Positions 12,456 to 24,500 of a stretch of DNA of 64,000 nt are shown here, one piece after another. Position numbers and translations under genes: made by a program. The stretch spans positions 25,745,293 to 25,809,292 of the forward strand of contig CM119267.1 of assembly GCA_051294375.1 (NCBI GenBank), read 5' to 3'. A model generated the notes under the pieces. The model worked only from the letters and a program-made list of their open reading frames with translations. It searched no databases and was not told where the DNA came from. The first letter of the stretch is position 1; each line of letters begins with the position of its first letter. This stretch comes from Paraspadella gotoi. Taxonomy: Eukaryota > Animalia > Chaetognatha.

Positions 12456-14563
12456 ATGTCAATAATGGACGTTAATAAAAAAAAAAACACTTTGCTTTGT
12501 GAAAAAAGTAAATCAAAAACCAATGAAAGCCCTCGAGAGGTTTCTTCAATGGCCGCTTACCACAAGAAATTGTCTCTATGGACTTGGCAATATTATCACT
12601 GGGTGCTCTATTGGCATTGGCACTCTCACGTGATGTCCTCCATTCAGCAACCTGCTCAACAATTGTCTTCCTCTTCTCGCGTTGTAGCGACAGGAGGCTC
12701 AACTTCCTCCTCCAATCAAATCCAATCAATTAATGTTCGGTTTTTCGGTCAGTCTCATCGTCAGATTATTCTTTTTAAATTAATTCAGTCCTCGTAATAT
12801 TTTTTTTTTCAAATTTGAAAAACGAGGGTTGATAGGCGAGGGTGGAAACGTGGCTCGTCTGCAAACCCATCGTGTTCCGCAATTGTGGAAGCGGATCGCC
12901 GCTGAGGCCATCGACTTTGTTCTTCTTTTCATCCTTAAAATCGGAGTGACGGTGTTGACGATCGATTGTTTGGGACTTTTCGACTTGGACAAGTACGACC
13001 TCAACGCCGTCATCGAAGACATGCGTCTCGAGACTTTGCTCGACATGACGACGGAACTCATGATCCTCGAGGTCATCCATCGACTCTGCGTCGTCGCTTT
13101 CGAGACGGTCTATGTCTCAAAATGGGGCGCCACTCCGGGCAAGCGCGCCCTCGATCTTCGAGTCATTTCCTGCGACGGTGTGCAGCCCTTAAATGATTCT
13201 AGCGCGCTTATCATTCGTCCTGGGCCTGTTAATTTAGGAAGAGCTTTTCTCCGCGCCTTCGTTAAAAACTTACTCAACACTTTTTTATTTCCCGCTTGTG
13301 CCACATCTTTGGTCTTTCGGTGAGATATTCGGTGTCGGAATTAATACTTAATTTTATTATTTTATACACTAAAACAAGTTTGAGCAAACAATGTCGGATC
13401 TGCCCACGATAATTAAGCGGTAAACGGCTAAATAGATAAATAAATAAATAAATACTATAGTAGAAATAATTACAAATAAAGTACAAATAATTTTTTCGAC
13501 TATTATTATTTTTACAACTTGCATACTTTTTTTTAACTCGCATAATTTTTTTCAACTTGCATACTTTTTTCAAATTGCATCATTTTTTCACTTAATTAAT
13601 TATTTAATTAAAACATTCATGAGTAAGCATAAATAATAAAAATCCAAGTCAACTTGTCTTTGGTTTTTTTCCATGCAAACTCATTTCCACTCCTCGATTC
13701 CAACGAAAATTTATATCCTGCTCAATCACACACTTTCTTACACACACACAAAATTTCATCCCATTCTATCCATCCAATTCATAATCGATTAATTATGGAT
13801 TAAAATGATTAACAAGATTCAAATAAAAGTGACTTATGTTTTTTCCATTTAAACTTTTATTAATAAATTAATTAATTTGATCCGAAATGTTTGTTTTTAG
13901 GTCTTTTCGTCACTTATAAATAAATTGATTGAATAATTAATTAATACATAACTAAATAAATTGATTGATTGAATAAATAATTGATTAATTGATCGATTAA
14001 TTATTTGATTAATTAATACATTTTGCATTTACATTTAATATAAAAAGAAAAAAAGCATAATCAATTAGTGAAACAGGTTTTTTGTTTTTTCCATTTAAAC
14101 TCATTTCCACTCGCACGATTCCATCGAAACTTGATTTCCACCTTAATCACACACTTTCCTACCCACATACAAAATTTAAAGTCAATCGCCCCATCCACTC
14201 ATGAGTAATTGGGGTTCAAATAGTGAAATATATCTTTTTGTTTTTTCCATTTAAACTCATTTCCACTCGCAAGATTCCATCGAAACTTCATATCCAGCTC
14301 AATCACACACTTCCCTACCCACACACAAAATTTCATTCCAATCCATCCATCCAATCATGATCAATTATAGAGTCGGGATCTGCTGATAAGCAGATCCGAC
14401 TAAAAATTGTTAAGGTTGTACCAAAGTAAATGCAGAATTATGAATTGATGGACTTGTTTCTCTCAATTTCAGGCATGGTCGTGCCTCTTATGATTTTCTT
14501 TCACGCACCATTGTCGTCGAGGACAACAGGCCCCGGAACAGAAATGAAAGACCATTGCAATAG
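12456..14563 (+). CDS. FAM8A1: FAM8A1-like RDD-family membrane protein; exons about 12456-12747, 12836-13319 and 14473-14563
   Basis: N-terminal Y..KLSLWTWQYY motif, RDD signature LWKRIAAEAIDF, GATPGKRALDLRV, AFLRAFVKN, and last exon HGRASYDFLSRTIVV. GT-AG introns keep the frame. Confidence 0.88.
13373..14406 (-). mobile_element. HINE-A (DINE-1/Helentron-like non-autonomous element)
   Basis: One end is AACAAGTTTGAGCAAACAATGTCGGATCTGCC (small stem-loop plus subterminal IR). The other end is the hairpin AGTCGGGATCTGC..GCAGATCCGACTAAAAA. Internal tandem modules and TTAATTAA-rich tracts. Confidence 0.75.
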
Positions 14564-15069
14564 TAAAGATTAATGAGTTGGAATATTGTCATCGTCAGTT
14601 AATTCTTGTCTAAAAAATTTATTTTACACGGATTTCAAATAGGAGTGAGATGAAAAAAATTGTTATAACTCTTAACTGACTGAATGTAATTAATATTTGT
14701 TCATTTTAATTTCTTTTATATTTATTAGTTAGTAAAATGTCTCGGGCGCATGCAAAAAAGTTTTCATTAATATATTTCAAGGTTTAGTTAGGCAACAGGC
14801 TCTTGCCAGATCATTGTTCTTTTCCAATTATTTTTCAAAGATGAAATTTTTATTTTCCATAAGTTTTAACTAAAAAACCTATAAAATGAAAGTTGCTGTC
14901 ATTGTGGTTGTGAAAAAGTTTGACATTCTGATTGCTCAGACACATACTCTAATGTCTATATTTGTAAGATGAACCTAAATTTTCAAACATTTAAATTTTT
15001 TTCATAAAAATATACCTTATAAGATTCCTCCATGAATTTTTAAATTTGTCAGAACGTTTTTCTCTTTTT

Positions 15070-15975
15070 TTTCCATATTTTTTTGACACGCTAAACGTTT
15101 CTCTGATTACGCAAAATTTCATGAAAGAAATAAAAAAATAATAGTACCAATAGTTAGTGTTATGTCTCGAATAGATGAAAAAAAACCTTGTTTAAAAATT
15201 CGATTAGGAAGTGGGGTAAAAGGCTTACGAATGGCATCCTCCATACTGTTCACGCTGACATACTGACATGATAATCATGACCTTTTATGTCTTGTGAAAT
15301 GGGGGCAGTAAAGAAACCTAAAAAATTTGATCATTAAGTCAGTCAATGAAACCTTTCCAATGGGCTATTCCGCGAAATTTTTTTTCTTAATTAAAATGGA
15401 TGATAAGTAATAGAATTAAATTCCTTGTATAAAGGTTGTTATATTTAAAAGAAAATTATCACTACAAATAAACACAATCATGTCTTGCTTTGTCAAATAT
15501 GTCGTCACCTATGTAATTTTGAATAATTTTATTATGATAAACAAGCTTTTTGTTTGCAGTTGAAGATAATGCACAGACAAGACTGTTTATATCAATCTGA
15601 AAATATCTTTGTATTTATCATTTTTCATATTTAAAAAACATAAATTTTTGCTTGTTTTTTACTTTAACTGAAAAATACAAGCAAATTTATGGAGTAGAGA
15701 AAATTTAATAGTAATCAAAATGTAATTTAGTCTTTCCTTTTTCAAATTATGAAAGAAAAAAAAATTTTTTATATATCTTCCATTGAAATTTTTAATGCAA
15801 AAAACTGTTATACTTTTAACTCCGATTTAAATAAAAGCTGTGTAAAGATTTATGGATAAAATTTAATAAAACTATTTTAGAAAGGTGTCCCTTGATTAGG
15901 GCTTTAATTTGATACCTCGCCCACATTCCTACCTCTTTTCTTTCAAAAGTTATTCAAGAAAAGAATTTTTTTTAC
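15070..15975 (+). repeat. Interspersed repeat homologous to the interior of the long-TIR element (about 32270-33320)
   Basis: Shared collinear blocks such as GACCTTTTATGTCTTG, GATCATTAAGTCAGTCAAT and GATTAGGGCTTTAATTTGATACC. Confidence 0.7.
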
Positions 15976-17107
15976 CGTTAGAGAACTAAAGATTTGAACT
16001 ACGCAGTACAAATCTTTAAATAAAAATTTCGGCAAAGCGGGAGTATCTCAATTTATCCTATTGGTACAATACCTAAATTTAAAAATAAAACCTAAAGAAA
16101 AATTTTCCATCTTCTAGAGACATATCACTTTCAGGTGTAACCACCGTCTTACTCATTTATGGATTATGCTGGAAAAAATCAGCAAAATGTTTTCTCTTTT
16201 TTTTAAATAGTTTGTACTAGCACGTCAGAAATCTAAGAAGAAACTCAAAAATTTTATTCTGACAAACTTTGCCTTTCAAGGCTGACGTTTACAACTATAT
16301 CTCGAAAACCATTGTAGGAATTTAAAAACGTTTTTTTTGCAAGTGAATATTGATATCATCCTCCAGGGACCGGCATAAAAATATATAAAACAATAAACTG
16401 ATATTAGCTCTCGAGTGAGTTATCTAACCTTATAACAGGAAGGCCCTATTCAAATGCAAAAAAAAATTGCTTTTTTGAAATTCGACCATTCCATTTATGA
16501 GCCCATAGGCATAACTAAGAAAGTAAGCAGGCTGGCCGACTGGGAATTGAAAAATAAAAAACGTCAGCGATTTTTCTACCAAGTGCAAAATCTGAAGTTG
16601 CTAGAACAAATTATTTAGCCACACTATTTGATCCTTTCATTTCCTTTCATTTCCCATTTGAAATCTGTGTAATTCAACTCATCAAAGCCAAGAACTCAAA
16701 CGCTGCCTGAAAAAAAAAATAATCTTTTATTTTATTTCCTTTGTATTAGTATATACTAAATGGATTTTTAAATCTCACCTTCGTTCCCTTTCTTTTCTTG
16801 TTATAAATTATTAAATTTATGTCAATAGCGAAATTGGCTTTGGGGCTTCGTCTCACTTTGTCTGCCACGATTTCCCTATTCCCTATAATTTTTTTGCAAT
16901 TAATATAGATAATTTGGAAATGATTGATTATCACTTTATCTTGGCAATGAAATGATCTTCCATGATGTTTTTTTTATTCAATAATCGCTTATTATGTCGA
17001 CGAATTCGTACTTGTCAATTCATAGCCAAGTTGAACCACTTAAAGACATAAGACTGAAGATTTAACTTTATTAACTAAATTTTGAGAGGATGGAACAAAA
17101 CCCGAGA

Positions 17108-20100
17108 ATGGAATCGACTATCAACGAAGAGAAGCCAATTGACAGGGAAAAGACTTGCCCTCTCCTCCTCAGAGTTTTTTGCGCTCAATATCGGTGAGTG
17201 AGCTCCCCCGCCTCCCCCCACACACGCTGATGTAACGAAGGTGGATTCCATCTTACGATCCAATCTCAATGATAAAGACGATTTCGTCAAGACTCGTTTT
17301 AATCACTCGCACCACTAACGCGGGTTAAAATTGATCACTTTTTATCATTAAGAGTTCTGTAGTATAAAATTCCTTTGTCCATCATATACTTAATCAATAT
17401 TTACTATCACTTTTTTAACTAGTGAAGCACAGTATAACATTGAAGCATTTAAATATTTATCAATGCATAGGCAATGATAAATTTTTTTTGTAAAAAAATT
17501 AATTTTTAAGAACGGATTCAGATAGCCCATAAAAAGTTGTCTACACAAAGTATAATGCGTTTTTCAATATTTTAATGATAAGTGGGTCAAATAATGGAAA
17601 AACTCTATAAAATCATCATCATCGTACCATAATTTTTATAGTTTTTTCTAATTTTAACCAATAAATCATAAAAATTTGTAAATCTTGTATTAATTTTTTA
17701 TTTATTTTTTTAAGCTCTACCCGAATCAGTTTTTAAAAATTCTGATTTTTAAAAAAAGATTTTTCATGATTTATAGTAATACGATAAGATTTAAATGCTT
17801 CTATGTTATTAACTATACATAAAATCTTAATTTTTTTTGCTGTAACGCTATTTATATTACAGAACTCTTAGTTTTTACTTTGTTCCGCCTTACGCTCCAC
17901 ATCTAATCAGGCATCACGACGCCAGGGAATACCGCGGCGGCGCCACGCCGGCCAATGAACTGCAGATCTACACGTGGATGGACGCTACGCTAAAGGAGCT
18001 TACCTCCCTCGTCAAAGAAGTGAGTAGAAAGCATGAGCAGTGTTTGTAAAGCTTGGTACAATTGTAACAAGTTTGAGCAAACAATGTCGGATCTGCCTCC
18101 GATAATTTTTTCCACTCATCATTTTTTTAACTCACTTCATTTTTTCAACTCATCATTTTTTCAATTTGCATCATTTTTACAATTCGCATCATTTTTACAA
18201 TTCGCATCTTTTTTTCAACTTGCATCATTTTTTCACATTAATTAATTAAAACAATTTATTCAGTAATCATAAATAATAAAGATTCAAGTAAATGTGACTT
18301 GTGTTTTTAGTCGGATCTGCTTTCAGCAGATTCCGACTCTATAATTCACTTTGTTGGTCCGCCCCCTCAATATTATCGGGCACTCACTTATATCATGTCA
18401 GAACATCGAATTATGATAAATTATGCAAAAAAAACGATGTCCGTCTGTCCGTCCGTCCGTCCCACCTTAGCAAAAAACACCATTTACTCGTTATTGGATT
18501 GATGGATTGAAATGAATTTGTGTGTGGGTAGGGAAGTGTATGATTGAGCTGTATATGAAGTTTCGATGGAATTGTCCGAGTGGAAATGAGTTTAAATGGA
18601 AAAAACAAAAAAATATATTTCACTATTTGAACACCAATTACTCATGAGTGGAAGGGCGATTGACTTGAAATTTTGTATTTGGGTAGAAAAGTGTGTGATT
18701 AAACTGAAATCAAGTTTCAATGGAATCGTTTGAGTGGAAATGAGTTTAAATGGAAAAAAACAAGAACCTATTTCACTAATTGATTATGCTTCTTTTTCTT
18801 TTTTATTAAATGTAAATACATATGTATTAATTAATCAAATAATTAATCAGTTAATTAATCAATTAGTCAATTAATTAATCAATAATTAATTAATCAGTCA
18901 ATTAATCAATCAAAAACACATTTCTGATCAAATTAATTAATTAATTGTCTAATTTAATTAAATAATTAACTTGAATAAATTAATTATTAATTAATTAAAT
19001 AATTTACTTGAATTAATTATTAATTAATTATTAATTAATTAATTACCGATAATGATCGTGGGCAGATATGACATTGTTTGCTCAAACTGGTTTCCATTTA
19101 AACTCATTTCCACTCGCACATTTCCACCGAAAAATTTATATCCAGCTTCATCACACACTTTCCTACCCACACACCAAAATTTCAACTCAATCTATCCATC
19201 CAATTATGATTAATGAGTAATTATTGGTTAAAATAAGTAAAAAGATTCAAGTAAATGTGACTCATATTTTTTTCATTTAAGTTCATTTCCACTCGCACGA
19301 TTCCATCGAAACTTTATATCCAGTTTCATCACACACTTTCCTATCCACACACAAAATTTCATTCCAATCCAACCACCCAATCACGAGTTATTGGAGCTTT
19401 TAGCTAAGGTGGGATGGACGGACAGACAGACAGACGGAGGAATGAACATTTTTTTGCATAATTTATCATAATTCGATGTTCTGACATGATGTAAGTGAAT
19501 GCCCGACAAGATTGAGGGGGCGGACCGACGGACCGACAAAGTGAATTATAGTCGGGATCTGCTGATAGCAGATCCGACTAAAAATCTCCAAGAAACCACG
19601 AATAGCTATTTGCGCCATTAGTTAGTGAGGAAAGATTGGAAAATAAAAAAAATAACGAAAGTCAGAGTAAAAAAATATTTTATGCATGGAGATCAGTTAT
19701 GAATGTCAAAAAGAAAAAAAAGATCATGAATAATAAACTGATAAAGGAATAGTAACGATGATAAAAACGAAGTGATAATAAGGACGCAACTTTGTATGTA
19801 TACTTTGTGTCTTCTTGATGCAATCGATCCCTTCTACCTCAATCCATTTTTTACTTTTCTCGACCGAAGGTCAACCCTGACGCGCGACGTAAAGGAACGA
19901 CTTTTGAGTTCAGCATAGTCTACACGGAGCAGCGCGCCCCTGGCTACAAACTGCGACCCATCGGGACCACGCAGTCTGGTCAGTGTGCCGAGTGAGAGTG
20001 ATTCGATTCACGAATGATAAAAACATCGTCTCTTTCCCCCGCACGCCTCAGGTGGCAAGAGCGCGGACGACGCGATTTCGCTGGGCTCGAAAAGATTTCA

Positions 20101-20206
20101 GATCGGCGATTACATTGACATAGCTATCACTCCCCCGGGTCGCGGTACTATGAGCATGGAACCCCGCGGAATGAGGGGTCCTCTGCCTCGAGGCAGATAT
20201 ATTTAA
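17108..20206 (+). CDS. SAP18: Histone deacetylase complex subunit SAP18; exons about 17108-17193, 17911-18019, 19870-19978 and 20052-20206
   Basis: PIDREKTCPLLLRVF, NELQIYTWMDATLKELTSLVKEVNPDARRKGT and FQIGDYIDIAITPP, joined by frame-consistent GT-AG introns. Confidence 0.96.
17349..17870. mobile_element. Short TIR element (MITE) in SAP18 intron 1
   Basis: 13-bp TIR TAAGAGTTCTGTA / TACAGAACTCTTA with an internally quasi-palindromic AT-rich body. Related sequence at about 4260-4640. No clear TSD. Confidence 0.55.
18066..19584 (-). mobile_element. HINE-A copy containing a second, oppositely oriented HINE-A copy (18303-19093)
   Basis: Outer termini at 18066 and 19584. The inner copy starts TTTTTAGTCGGATCTGC, has a (GTCC/GTCT)n microsatellite at about 18439-18462 and ends ATTGTTTGCTCAAACTGGTT. 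Confidence 0.75.
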
Positions 20207-20568
20207 CTCTTTGTTTTAACTATCAACTTCAGAATCGTATTCGTTATTTAGATTTCACCAGTTTTTAAAATAAGAAAAAAATCGTTTGTCACCGTAGTTT
20301 GTTAATGAACCTCGCATCGTTAAGACAATTTTTTTTGCCAAAACGAATCTGAGTATTTTTTCGAATTCAAATTTGAAAACCAAATGTACTTCTTCGAATG
20401 TTTATTTTCTCTTAATTTCCTTTGCCCTTCATTCGCTTTCGCGACTTTTCCATATTCATTTTTCAGATTGTGTTTAAATTTCTTTTCGAGCTCTGCTTGA
20501 AGAGCTGCCACTAAACTCCGGTACACTTTCTCTTATGGTTCTCTTATGTTTTTGAATCAGTCATCTGT

Positions 20569-21325
20569 TAACAAGTTTGAGCAAACAATGTCGGATCTGC
20601 CCACGGTCATTATCGGTAATTAATTAATATTAATTAATAATTAATTCAAGTTAATTAATTAATTAATAATTAATTTATTCAAGGTAATTATTTAATTAAT
20701 TAGGCAATTAATTAATTTGATCCAAAATGTTTGTTTTGATTGATTAATTGACTGATTAATTAATTATTGATTAATTAATTGACTAATTGATTAATTAATT
20801 GATTAATTATTTGATTAATTAATACATCTTGCATTTACATTTAAAATAAAAAAAGAAGCATAATCAATTAGTGAAACAGGTTCTTTGTTTTTTCCATTTA
20901 ATCTCATTTCCACTCAAACAATTCCATCGAAACTTGATTTCAAGTTTAATCACATACCTTTCTACCCAAATACAAAATTTCAAGTCAATTGCACCATCCA
21001 GTCATGAGCAATTGGTGTTCAAATAGTGAAATTTTTTTTTCCTTTTTCTATTTAAACTCATTTCCACTCGAACGATATCCAGCTCAATCACACACTTCCC
21101 TACCCACACACAAAATTTCATTCCAATCCATCCATCCAATCACGAGTAATTGGTGTTTTTTGCTAAGGTGGGACGGACGGACATCGTTTTTTTGGTTTAA
21201 TTTATCATAATTCGATGTTCTGACATGATATAAGTAAATGCCCGACAAGATTGAGGGGGCGGACCGACGGACCGACAAAGTGAATTATAGAGTCGGGATC
21301 TGCTGAAAGCAGATCCGACTAAAAA
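20569..21325 (-). mobile_element. HINE-A copy
   Basis: Both diagnostic termini and the (GGAC)n microsatellite are present. Confidence 0.75.
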
Positions 21326-21445
21326 CAACAAATACCTAAGATACTAGAAAGAAAATGTAAATAAAGGTTCGATTTTCGGTGGATCATTGCAAATTTTCAT
21401 GACGTAGAACCGAAAATCTTTAACAATTTTGATCGGTTTTCGTTA

Positions 21446-21500
21446 TTCTCTTCTCTTCTCTTCTCTTCTCTTCTCTTCTCTTCTCTATTCTTCTCTTCTC
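21446..21500. repeat. (CTTCT)n microsatellite immediately upstream of the BLVRA-like ATG
   Basis: Tandem pentamer read directly from the sequence. Confidence 0.85.
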
Positions 21501-21514
21501 TATTTCTATCCTCA

Positions 21515-24500
21515 ATGGCGGCTGTGTCGGCGTCGTCATCAGTCTTGAGATTTGCAGTGGTGGGACTTGGTAGCGCGGGCAGTGGGCGTGTCCGTGTCCT
21601 TCAGACGGAGGAGAGCCGCCTGGCCGGTTTTGAACTCGCGTCGGTCGTGACGCGGAGGATCCCGCCTGACGACGTCAAGCATCTCGCCGTCGACTTCGAG
21701 GATGTCCTCAAAGGTGGGTCTACTTTTTTTGATTCTCCCCTCTTAATGCTAAGAAATTAAGTCGCGCATCGTTGTTTCTTTCCATATCCATATTTTCGAT
21801 AACGCTTCTTCATCTACAACTCCTGCCCGCCCAGACCCTGATATCGACGCGGCCGTCGTCTGCACCGAAAACTCAACCCACGAGGATTTCGCCGCGCGAC
21901 TCCTCGACGCCGGGAAACACGTAATCATCGAGTACCCGGCCGCACTGAGCCAAGGCGGAGTGGATCGCCTCTACGCCCTCGCGGAGGTAAAAGGGAGGAA
22001 AGAAAAGTGAAGACGCGATTAGAAACGAGTCGCTGTGGACAATCTTTCCTTCTTTTCTCTCTTCTTCTTCTCTTTCTCTTCTTTTCCTCGTCTCTTCCTT
22101 TTTTATCTTCCTATTAAACCTTGCAAGAGAGTTTAGCCACCTGCAGCAAGCCTACCGCCGGCTCCGTTGTTACGGAAAGCGAGGCAACTGTCGGAAAAAT
22201 CTCTGACCCATTGTGCGGGCTTAGACTTAAGTGCGGGGACTATCCACATTGGTCATTTCAGCCCCCAAAAATTGTTCCATTTGGCAGGAAAAGGGCGTGA
22301 TCCTCCACGTGGAGAACATTTCTTTGCTGACCAGCACCGCCGACGAACTCAAGGAAAAGATCGGCTCCATGGGGAAACTCATCGAGGGATCCATGCACAT
22401 GAGTCGAGGGTATAAAAGTCCTCAATCCAATGGATTTTTTTCTTTTCAAGGTGAGATGCTGCCATTTTCACCCAGAATTTCTCAATGTCAGTTCTTTATT
22501 TCACCTTCGTAGTCAAGGATGAATCTCGGTTTTAACGAATAAAAAAAAAGTTCTATATTGATATTGTTAATTGTTATGTATTGTTTTGTTAAACTTAAAC
22601 CGAGTTTTGATCCGAGGTAAACGAACCTTGGGTTCCGATGATAAAAAAAAGCACCGATTTTTATATTCTTTTTCCTCCACATTAAATCGAGTCCCTTTTT
22701 CGCTTCTCCTTTCCTCGCCCTCCACTGTGTTTACTGTAAGATATTGGCTTTCGTCACTAACCTCTTTTTTCGTTTTTCTTCACTAACTAACCTCTACGTC
22801 GATCGTCAAGTAATAAGGCGCCTAATTGCAAGCGTTGATAATGTATTTCTATATCATAAATGTTTTATAGTAACGATTTAAAATGTACATTTGTTTAATT
22901 ACGCTGGTGTATATTTCATAATTTTTTTATCGTCGCAATCGCTTAGCGTTTGCGACGATATTGTAACGCTTTTGCGCATAAGTGGCGTCGTCGTCATTGT
23001 TGTTGTCGTCGGCGTTCCAAATTATAGATCGCCTTTTTTATGATTAAATTTGGGTGTATGAAGCTGAAAATTTATATACAGCTTCTCATCATCGATGTGC
23101 TTAAAATTGAGTCTGGACAGTTATTAAATGTTTTGTTTACATTTTATCAAAACAAACAAATTTTCTCTTTTATTTTCATATTTCATTCTCTCTCTCTTTT
23201 CTCTTTTAATTACATGTCTCACTCCCTCTCTCTTTTCCCTCGTCACTGATTCATAAGGAAAAAAAACGAGTCTGCAGGGGCTTATTCTTTTTCTCTCTTT
23301 TCTCCTGCTGCTCCTGCTGCTGACTTTTGATTTTTTTTCTTTTTTTCTGGGTGCCTCTGCTGCTGCCGCTGCTGATTCGTCCGAAAACGATTTGGCGACT
23401 CTCTCTCTCTCTCTCTCTTTCTCTCTTTTTTTTTCTCAGGGGCTGCGTCTGCTGATCAGTTTATTTTTTGACAATAAAAAAGTTTTTTAGTTGCTTAGCG
23501 TTTGTTTTCTAAATATTCTAAATATTAATCAGAATAATCTTTTTTTTCAATATATATTTACTTTATTATTTTATTTTACTTTACTTCATTTTACTTCACT
23601 TTAGTCTTTTCTTCACTTCGTCAGTTTCACTTTGTCTTTTGTCTGGGAATGTTGACAGTGTTTAGAGAGGTCGCATTCGATCAAACTGCTTGCTTATGCA
23701 TATGAAGGTTAAAAGTAAAACAAAAGTACCTTCAATAATGTCTTTTCAGACTTGGCACTTGCTAAAAATTAAACTCAAAAATAAGTTATTTTACTGTTTT
23801 ACATTTATTTTTTTTTTCTTTTTCTTTCTGTTTATAAATTAATTTTCTTTTCTCAAATTTGATTTTTTTAGTATCCAAATTTGTCGTCAATTCTAATTTT
23901 TCTTATGCGATTGCGACGATCCTTATGCTTTTAAGATTTTTTTTGATTAGTAAAACATATAAATATATAACTACGCAAACCGTCTCAACGTTCTCTTAGT
24001 ACATCTTTTAAAAACGGAGCGCTCCTTATCGCCAACGAGCAGCATGAAATGTAAAGCGATGGTTTTAAAATCAACTTTTTTTTCCAACTCCCAGAATTAT
24101 TCTCAGTTCAACTTAAAGAAAAGCATGCTATTTTGGTTTGTCTTAACTTAATAGTTGGACTGAGTTTCGCTTCTTCGATTTCCAGGCCTCTCCCGACTCT
24201 GGACCCTCGTCGACATTTTCGGGGACTTAAAACTCGTGGACGCTTGTCTTAAAGAGTTAGAGCCGCAGCACGTGGTCATGCAGGCGGCTTTCGAACCCGT
24301 CCAGACCCCAGGCGAGGATCCCCGGCATATTTAATAAATATTATATTATTTATCATCTCAACTTTTTTCGTTTCAAATGTTTTTTTTTATACGCTTCACT
24401 TAATGTTTTTTTAACATAGGCCTTTCCTGAATTTGGGTGCAGTGAAAAGTTAATTGTATGAACAATGAACATGGTATCAAAGTTCTATGTTGGGTAGCGG

